Virus record (IMG/VR): IMGVR_UViG_3300008113_010061
Coordinates: 1 to 60,327 of that record
Source of the DNA: a virus
Lineage: Duplodnaviria > Caudoviricetes
Direction: 5' to 3' (one strand)
DNA length: 60,327 bases
A model generated the notes under the pieces. That model searched no databases. It had not been told where the DNA came from and worked only from the letters and a program-made list of their open reading frames with translations. Shown piece by piece: positions 54,577 to 60,327 of this stretch. Every line of letters begins with the position of its first letter. Within the stretch, counting starts at the first letter, position 1. Made by a program: the position numbers and the translations under genes.

Positions 54577-56352
54577 ATGCCTTTTCAAGTTTCGCCTAAC
54601 GTACTAGTCCAAGAGCGCGACGTTAGCCTATTTGTTCCACAGGTTGCCACTACTGCGGGCGCCTTTGTAGGACACTTTAACTGGGGCCCAGCCGAAGAAT
54701 TTGTCACCATTGACAGTGAAAAAACACTGTATGAAATCTTTGGCAAGCCCGATACTAACACTTTTAAATACTGGTTTACTGCTGCCAACTTCCTAAGCTA
54801 CGGCAACAACCTGCAGGTAAATCGAATAGCTGACAGTGCTTCTCGCAACAGCGTGGCTCAGGGCACATCTGTATTAGTTAAAAATGATGACAACTATGAC
54901 GGTGTTGCAGGTTATACTGCGCCTTCCATGAGTGGTACTGAATACGTAGCTCGTTATCCTGGCATACTGGGTAACAATCTTAAGGTCAGCGTCTGTGACT
55001 ACAACAGTTATCAGTTCAGTTCTAATTTAAGCAGCACATCCACAATATTCACTACTGGTGCTACAATTCAGGCACCGGGTCTGACTCGTCCTGCACCCGT
55101 AGAAAGCCGTCCCAGCACTACACGATATGCCATAGAAAAAGCTGCTACTACCAGTGGCACCATCATCTATGATGAAATTCATGTCGTGGTTGTAGACGAA
55201 GACGGTGGCATTACTGGTGTTGCAGGTACAATTCTAGAAAATCATCAGGGTCTGAGCAAGGGCAGCGATGCACGTTCAACCGACGGCACCAGTTTGTTCT
55301 ACAAAACCTACATCAATCAAAACAGTGCCTGGTTGCGTTATGGCAGCAAGACTGCATTGACCACCAGCAGCTCAGCACAATCCGTAACCTGGGAAAGCGC
55401 AGTACCCACCGACGGCACCGGCTTCAATGTCATGAGCCAGGTTCAGACTCGCAGTTTCAGCGGCGGTGAAGATGTTACGCCTACCGATGGATTACTGCAG
55501 ACACAGTATGTCAAACTTGCCAACGGCGAACTGTTTGATGTTAGTCTGATTCCAGTTGTTGGTGTCAGCGCCGACAACAACACTGCTCGTTTTGTTGTAG
55601 ACAACGTAGCCGAAGTTCGTCGCGATTGCCTGGTATTTGTAAGCCCAACTTCAGCCAGTCTGCTGACAGCCACCGCAATTGTCAATGATCGCATTACAAA
55701 CTTCAACAAAGACTCGACATTTGCTGTCATGGACAGTGGTTGGAAATATCAGTATGATCGCTACAACGATGTGTACCGCTATGTACCCATGTGCGGCGAT
55801 ACTGCTGGTATTTGTGTGCGCACCGATGAAACCACCGAACCCTGGTACAGCCCCGGCGGTTATACACGCGGTCAGGTCAAGAATTTGGTTAAATTAAACT
55901 TCAGTCCCAACAAGACCGATCGTGACAACCTGTATCGCAATCAGATCAATCCAGTTGTTACACAACCTGGTCTGGGTACTGTGCTGTTCGGCGACAAGAC
56001 CTGCACACAGAAGCCCAGCGCTTTTGACCGCATCAATGTACGCCGTCTGTTCATTGTTCTGGAAAAAGCCATTGCCACAGCAGCCAAGTTCCAGCTGTTT
56101 GAGTTCAACGATGGATTTACCCGTGCACAGTTTGTGAGCCTGGTTGAGCCCTTCCTGCGTGACGTACAGGGCCGTCGTGGCATCACTGACTTCCGTGTTG
56201 TCTGTGATGAGACCAACAACACTGGCGAAGTCATTGACCGCAACGAGTTCATAGCCGACATTTACATCAAGCCCAACAAGTCCATCAACTTCATCACTCT
56301 GAACTTCATAGCAACACGCAGTGGTGTGAGTTTTGAAGAAGTTGGTGCTTAA
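54577..56352 (+). CDS. gp18: Tail sheath protein gp18
   Basis: FQVSP.V.V.E.D, F.WGP, W.TAANFL.YGN.L, DE.H.VVVD.DG.ITG, DSGWKY.YDRYND, LFGDKT....SAFDRINVRRLF, FEFND..TR..F. Confidence 0.97.
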   Translation: MPFQVSPNVLVQERDVSLFVPQVATTAGAFVGHFNWGPAEEFVTIDSEKTLYEIFGKPDTNTFKYWFTAANFLSYGNNLQVNRIADSASRNSVAQGTSVLVKNDDNYDGVAGYTAPSMSGTEYVARYPGILGNNLKVSVCDYNSYQFSSNLSSTSTIFTTGATIQAPGLTRPAPVESRPSTTRYAIEKAATTSGTIIYDEIHVVVVDEDGGITGVAGTILENHQGLSKGSDARSTDGTSLFYKTYINQNSAWLRYGSKTALTTSSSAQSVTWESAVPTDGTGFNVMSQVQTRSFSGGEDVTPTDGLLQTQYVKLANGELFDVSLIPVVGVSADNNTARFVVDNVAEVRRDCLVFVSPTSASLLTATAIVNDRITNFNKDSTFAVMDSGWKYQYDRYNDVYRYVPMCGDTAGICVRTDETTEPWYSPGGYTRGQVKNLVKLNFSPNKTDRDNLYRNQINPVVTQPGLGTVLFGDKTCTQKPSAFDRINVRRLFIVLEKAIATAAKFQLFEFNDGFTRAQFVSLVEPFLRDVQGRRGITDFRVVCDETNNTGEVIDRNEFIADIYIKPNKSINFITLNFIATRSGVSFEEVGA

Positions 56353-56377
56353 TAGGTTTTTAACAGGAGAATAAAAA

Positions 56378-56986
56378 ATGGCAGAAAGATCAATTTTTAA
56401 CGTTGATCAGTTTAAAGCCGCAATGGTTGGCGGCGGTGCACGCGCCAACCAGTTTTTTGTAGCATTAAACTTTCCTAATTATGTACCCACCGGCGGAGCA
56501 GCCACACCCCAGGCAGCGTTTCTATGCAGTGCTACAAGTCTGCCGGGCAGCGTAGTCAATCCCACCATTGTGCAGTATCGTGGTCGTGAGGTTAAATTTG
56601 CCGGCGAGCGTACCTTTGCTCCCTGGTCAGTAACCATCATGAACGATGTCAGCTTCAATATTCGCAACAGTTTAGAAGCCTGGATGAATGGCATGAATGG
56701 CCTGGTAAACAACAATGGTATCACCAATCCACGCGAATATCAGGTTAACTTGTCAGTAACACAGCTGGATCGCAACAATAATCCGCTGAAGATCTACACC
56801 CTGGCCAGCGCCTTCCCTGTGGATCTCAGTGAAATTGCACTGAGTTATGGCGACAATGACACCATTGAAACCTATACCTGCACATTCCAGTTCCAGCACT
56901 TTACCACAGCATTGAGTGGAGCGCTGAGCGTTGGCAGTATTGTAAACAACACCATTGGAGCAGGTCGCGGTCTTTTAGGCATTTAA
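56378..56986 (+). CDS. gp19: Tail tube protein gp19
   Basis: FKA.M.GGGAR.N.F.V, FLC.A.SLP.S, YRGR.VK.AGERTF.PW.VT..ND..F.IR...E.W, QLDR, FP...S.I.L. Confidence 0.96.
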   Translation: MAERSIFNVDQFKAAMVGGGARANQFFVALNFPNYVPTGGAATPQAAFLCSATSLPGSVVNPTIVQYRGREVKFAGERTFAPWSVTIMNDVSFNIRNSLEAWMNGMNGLVNNNGITNPREYQVNLSVTQLDRNNNPLKIYTLASAFPVDLSEIALSYGDNDTIETYTCTFQFQHFTTALSGALSVGSIVNNTIGAGRGLLGI

Positions 56987-57005
56987 TTTTTGATAGGAAT
57001 CAGGC

Positions 57006-58652
57006 ATGGCCGATCTTACATTATTTGGTTACACTATTCAGAAAAAGCAGGCCGAGGCTCCTAAACAGAGCTTCGTGCCTCCTACTGATGACGACGGTGC
57101 CACCACCGTCAACGTCAGCGGGTTCTACAACACCTACATTGACATTGACGTCATTGCCAAGTCTGAAAATGATTTAATCAGCAGATATCGCGATGCATCC
57201 AACTATCCAGACTGTGACAGTGCCATAGAAGACATTGTCAACGAAGCCGTGGCAGCGCAAGACGATGAAGCCGTGGTCAAGCTGGATCTGGAAAAAGTGG
57301 AACTTAGCAAGAGTGTCAAGAATTTAATCGAAGAAGAATTCGACACCATACTTAACCTGCTGGATTTTAACAGCAAGGCTCATGATATTTTTAAGCGCTG
57401 GTACATCGACGGCCGCATCTATTATCACAAGATTGTCAATACCAGCAACCCCAAGCAGGGTATACAAGAACTTCGCTACATTGATCCCCGTAAGATCAAA
57501 AAAGTACGCAAGGTAGAAAAGAAAAAAGACCAGGCCACGGGCGTGGAATTCATCACCGGTGTAGAAGAATTTTTTATCTACAACGAAAAGGGATTGATTG
57601 CCACCGTGCCCAGCACAGCCAATGCGTCACAGGGTCTGAGAATTGCACCCGACAGCATCACCTATTGCACCAGCGGATTGCTGGATCTGGATCGCAACAT
57701 GGTGCTGAGTCATCTGAATAAAGCCATTAAGACTGTGAATCAGCTGCGCATGGTGGAAGACAGTCTGGTGATCTACCGCATGACACGTGCACCAGAACGC
57801 AGAATTTTCTACATCGACGTTGGTAACCTGCCCAAGGCCAAGGCCGAGCAGTATGTCAAGTCAATCATGAACCAGTATCGCAACAAGGTTACCTATGATG
57901 CCAGCACTGGTGAGATTCGCGATGAAAAGAAGACCATGAGCATGTTGGAAGACTTCTGGATGCCACGTCGCGAAGGCGGCAAAGGCACGGAAATCACCAC
58001 GCTGGATGGCGGACAGAATCTGGGCGAGATCAACGACATCAATTACTTCCAGAACAAACTATATCAATCGTTGAACGTGCCACTGAGCCGCATGAAGCCC
58101 GAGACAGGCATGAACTTTGGTCGCCAGGCCGAGATTACCCGAGACGAATTAAAGTTTGCCAAGTTTATTAGTCGTGTTCGTAAAAAGTTTACCGAACTGT
58201 TCGACGACCTGCTGAAGACTCAGCTGGTGCTGAAAGGCATCATGAAGGCCGACGAATGGGACAAGATCAGAGAAGATATTTACTATGAGTTTACCCAGGA
58301 CGCCTACATAGCCGAGGCCAAGGAAAGCGAGATTATGCGCAACCGCCTGGATCTGTTGAACAGCATCAACAACTATGTTGGCACATACTTTAGTCGCGAA
58401 TATGTCTATGACAAGATTCTGCACATGACCGACGAAGAAGTCGAAGACATGAAGGCCGACATTGCCAATGATACTGATCTGCAGCAACAAATGGCTGCAC
58501 AGCAGGCCGGGCCTGGCGCCGAACAGGCAGCTGCCATGAGTCGGGAAGTATCAACGCAGCAGCCCGCGCCCTATAACCCCGAGAACCCAGTAGTTGAAAT
58601 GGTTCCAGCCGCTATAAATAACATCATGGAACTTAGAAAGGTTAAACTATGA
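57006..58652 (+). CDS. gp20: Portal protein gp20
   Basis: D.AIEDIVNEA, WYIDGR..YHK, ELRYIDPRKI.KVR, NQLRM.EDSLVIYR..RAPERRIFYIDVGNLPK.KAEQY, MLEDFW.PRREGGKGTEI.TL.GGQNLG. Confidence 0.98.
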   Translation: MADLTLFGYTIQKKQAEAPKQSFVPPTDDDGATTVNVSGFYNTYIDIDVIAKSENDLISRYRDASNYPDCDSAIEDIVNEAVAAQDDEAVVKLDLEKVELSKSVKNLIEEEFDTILNLLDFNSKAHDIFKRWYIDGRIYYHKIVNTSNPKQGIQELRYIDPRKIKKVRKVEKKKDQATGVEFITGVEEFFIYNEKGLIATVPSTANASQGLRIAPDSITYCTSGLLDLDRNMVLSHLNKAIKTVNQLRMVEDSLVIYRMTRAPERRIFYIDVGNLPKAKAEQYVKSIMNQYRNKVTYDASTGEIRDEKKTMSMLEDFWMPRREGGKGTEITTLDGGQNLGEINDINYFQNKLYQSLNVPLSRMKPETGMNFGRQAEITRDELKFAKFISRVRKKFTELFDDLLKTQLVLKGIMKADEWDKIREDIYYEFTQDAYIAEAKESEIMRNRLDLLNSINNYVGTYFSREYVYDKILHMTDEEVEDMKADIANDTDLQQQMAAQQAGPGAEQAAAMSREVSTQQPAPYNPENPVVEMVPAAINNIMELRKVKL

Positions 58653-58831
58653 ACCACTCAGAATTGATTCGCGACATGCTGGACAATATTCACACCGACA
58701 GCAATGCCGAAGCACAGCAGAATTTTTCTGATCTGATCAGCATGAAGTTGACCGATGCCTTGGATCAGCGTAAGATGGAAATTGCACAACAAATAGGAGC
58801 ACACAATGTCAGCGTTCAAGCAGATTCGTGA
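58649..58831 (+). CDS. Small prohead core protein (gp67 position)
   Basis: Directly after portal; I...A...F...I..K..DALD..K..IA. Confidence 0.6.
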   Translation: MNHSELIRDMLDNIHTDSNAEAQQNFSDLISMKLTDALDQRKMEIAQQIGAHNVSVQADS

Positions 58832-59006
58832 AGCTGCCAAGTACAACGAATACGCCATAGGCATGGCTGCAGCCAAGAAAAAATACGGCTATGGCCCTGG
58901 CCCTGCTCAGGACCTGCCCAAGAAAGTAATCATGAAGGGGCATGAGATTGCCAAAAAGATCAAGGCCAATGAAAGCTTTGATCACCTTCTAGTAGACGAG
59001 GAATAA
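58806..59006 (+). CDS. Small hypothetical/prohead core protein
   Basis: AGGAG RBS; F..IRE start typical of gp21-processed head proteins. Confidence 0.6.
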   Translation: MSAFKQIREAAKYNEYAIGMAAAKKKYGYGPGPAQDLPKKVIMKGHEIAKKIKANESFDHLLVDEE

Positions 59007-59007
59007 C

Positions 59008-59403
59008 ATGGCCATAACCAAGACACTAATTAAAAATGACCACATGCGGGCCATACTGCATCTGGTGGCGTCGGCCGCGGCTGACACCACCAGCGTTGCT
59101 CTCACAGATTTTTTACGAGATGGTAGAGAAACCTCCAGCGGTGCGCTCAATGTAAGCATTGCCGCAGCCTACTGCAATGTAGTGGACGCAGTCAGCGGAG
59201 TAACCGTCAAGCGCGGCAGTTCAGGCACAGTGGTGCTGGACATGCATGGCGCCAGCGATTTTCCCAGCGCCAATCAAATACCAGCACTGGACATCGGACG
59301 CACCAGCAGCATCGATGTTACCTTCAATGTGCCAGGCATGTTGATACTGGATCTGCGCAAGGGCGATGGTTTCAGCAGCACACAGACCAACGTTGGAGTA
59401 TAA
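59008..59403 (+). CDS. Hypothetical protein between the core genes and gp21
   Basis: GAGG RBS; 131-aa ORF fills the gap exactly. Confidence 0.7.
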   Translation: MAITKTLIKNDHMRAILHLVASAAADTTSVALTDFLRDGRETSSGALNVSIAAAYCNVVDAVSGVTVKRGSSGTVVLDMHGASDFPSANQIPALDIGRTSSIDVTFNVPGMLILDLRKGDGFSSTQTNVGV

Positions 59404-59404
59404 T

Positions 59405-60064
59405 ATGAAACTCATTACAGAGACAGTACAAGAGGTTCGTTACCTCACAGAGAAAAAAGAAGATGGTGGCAAAAGTTACTTCATCGAAGGTCCGTTCCTG
59501 CAGACTGAAATAGCCAATAGAAATGGACGCATTTACTCAAAGCCAGTTATGGAGCGTGAAGTAAATCGCTACATCAAAGAATATGTAGAAACCAAGCGTG
59601 CCTTTGGTGAGCTTGGACATCCCGATGGTCCTGGCATCAACCTGGACCGTGTTAGTCACATGATCACCAGTCTCAAGGAAGACGGCAACAACTACATTGG
59701 CCGTGCCAAGATCATGACCGAGACTCCCATGGGACGCATTGTAAAGAATTTGATCGACGAGGGCGCACAGCTAGGTGTATCAAGCCGTGGCATGGGTAGC
59801 CTGAAGATGAACAAAGAAGGTGTCAACGAAGTTCAAGACGATTTTTATTTGGCAACCGCTGGCGACATCGTAGCTGATCCCAGTGCTCCTGATGCCTTTG
59901 TTCGTGGCATCATGGAAGGCAAAGAATGGATGATGGTTGAGGGACGTTGGATGGAACGCGAATCTGAACAGGCGCGTCGCATCATTACCCAGACTCGATC
60001 AGCTGATTTGCAGGAAACTCAGATGCGTGTATTCAATGAGTTCATGCGCCGTCTATCGAATTAA
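59405..60064 (+). CDS. gp21: Prohead protease gp21
   Basis: MKLITE, IEG.FLQ....NRNGR.Y, A.GELGHP.GP.INLDRVSH, LGVSSRG.GSL, D.VADPSAPDAFV.GIME.KEW; start at ATG 59405. Confidence 0.97.
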   Translation: MKLITETVQEVRYLTEKKEDGGKSYFIEGPFLQTEIANRNGRIYSKPVMEREVNRYIKEYVETKRAFGELGHPDGPGINLDRVSHMITSLKEDGNNYIGRAKIMTETPMGRIVKNLIDEGAQLGVSSRGMGSLKMNKEGVNEVQDDFYLATAGDIVADPSAPDAFVRGIMEGKEWMMVEGRWMERESEQARRIITQTRSADLQETQMRVFNEFMRRLSN

Positions 60065-60071
60065 GTTTTTT

Positions 60072-60079
60072 TATAAATA
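60072..60079 (+). promoter_or_regulatory. Late promoter TATAAATA before gp22
   Basis: Exact consensus, then AGGAG RBS and ATG 60106. Confidence 0.8.
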
Positions 60080-60105
60080 ATACGAACCCGTTTTAGGAGA
60101 TACTA

Positions 60106-60327
60106 ATGTCACTAGAAACCAAAATCCGCGAGCTGATGGAGCAAAAGAAAGCCAAGGCGCTTAATGAAGCCGCAGCTGGCAAGAGCGACGATGGCGAAGG
60201 CATGAACTCGCACATGCAGGGCGACAGTCAAAAGGCAACCTACACTGAGATTGATCCTCACAGTGGTCAGGCCATTGTCAAGACTGACGACAGCATCAAG
60301 AAGCCAGCCGGCGAAACCAGCAATCCA
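60106..60327 (+). CDS. gp22: Probable prohead scaffold gp22, N-terminal part (runs off the window)
   Basis: MSLETKIRELMEQKKAKALNEAAAGKSDDGEG... open to the window end; synteny after gp21. Confidence 0.65.
   Translation, partial: MSLETKIRELMEQKKAKALNEAAAGKSDDGEGMNSHMQGDSQKATYTEIDPHSGQAIVKTDDSIKKPAGETSNP

Noticed and set aside
52817-58652. Introns, inteins or homing endonucleases in terminase, sheath or portal genes
   Set aside because: The ORFs are continuous and not enlarged, and no splicing or endonuclease motifs were seen.
1-60327. CRISPR array or insertion sequence
   Set aside because: No regularly spaced repeats with spacers, transposase or terminal inverted repeats were seen by eye; intergenic gaps are short.

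Overview
A 60.3-kb segment of a large T4-like myophage (Tevenvirinae/cyanomyophage-type gene set), probably from a freshwater or groundwater metagenome and probably infecting a betaproteobacterium (inferred from the beta-type permuted tmRNA, PstS/porin and PqqA). Bases 1-6300 form an accessory island: the end of a rubrerythrin gene, two unknown ORFs, a circularly permuted two-piece tmRNA (tag ANDESYALAA), pstS plus a phosphate-selective OprO/P porin behind a Pho-box-like repeat, a 24-codon pqqA (PQQ precursor peptide, missed by the ORF track), a conserved phage hypothetical gene, a SleB-like cell-wall hydrolase and a glycosyltransferase. Then come gp33 (frameshifted), gp59 and gp32. A minus-strand block follows (gp4, gp2, tube-like gp54, gp26/gp51 with a candidate -1 frameshift, a holin-like gene and a tape-measure-like gene), and then the long plus-strand virion module (gp48, 53, hub, 5, PAAR, 25, 6, 7, 8, VrlC-like and other large fibre-like proteins, gp13-22). 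The most notable observation is a stand-alone phage pqqA next to a phosphate-uptake cassette. Several local indels (gp33, tape-measure end, gp18, one fibre gene) may be assembly errors. All calls come from motif recognition and synteny by eye; no database searches were run.
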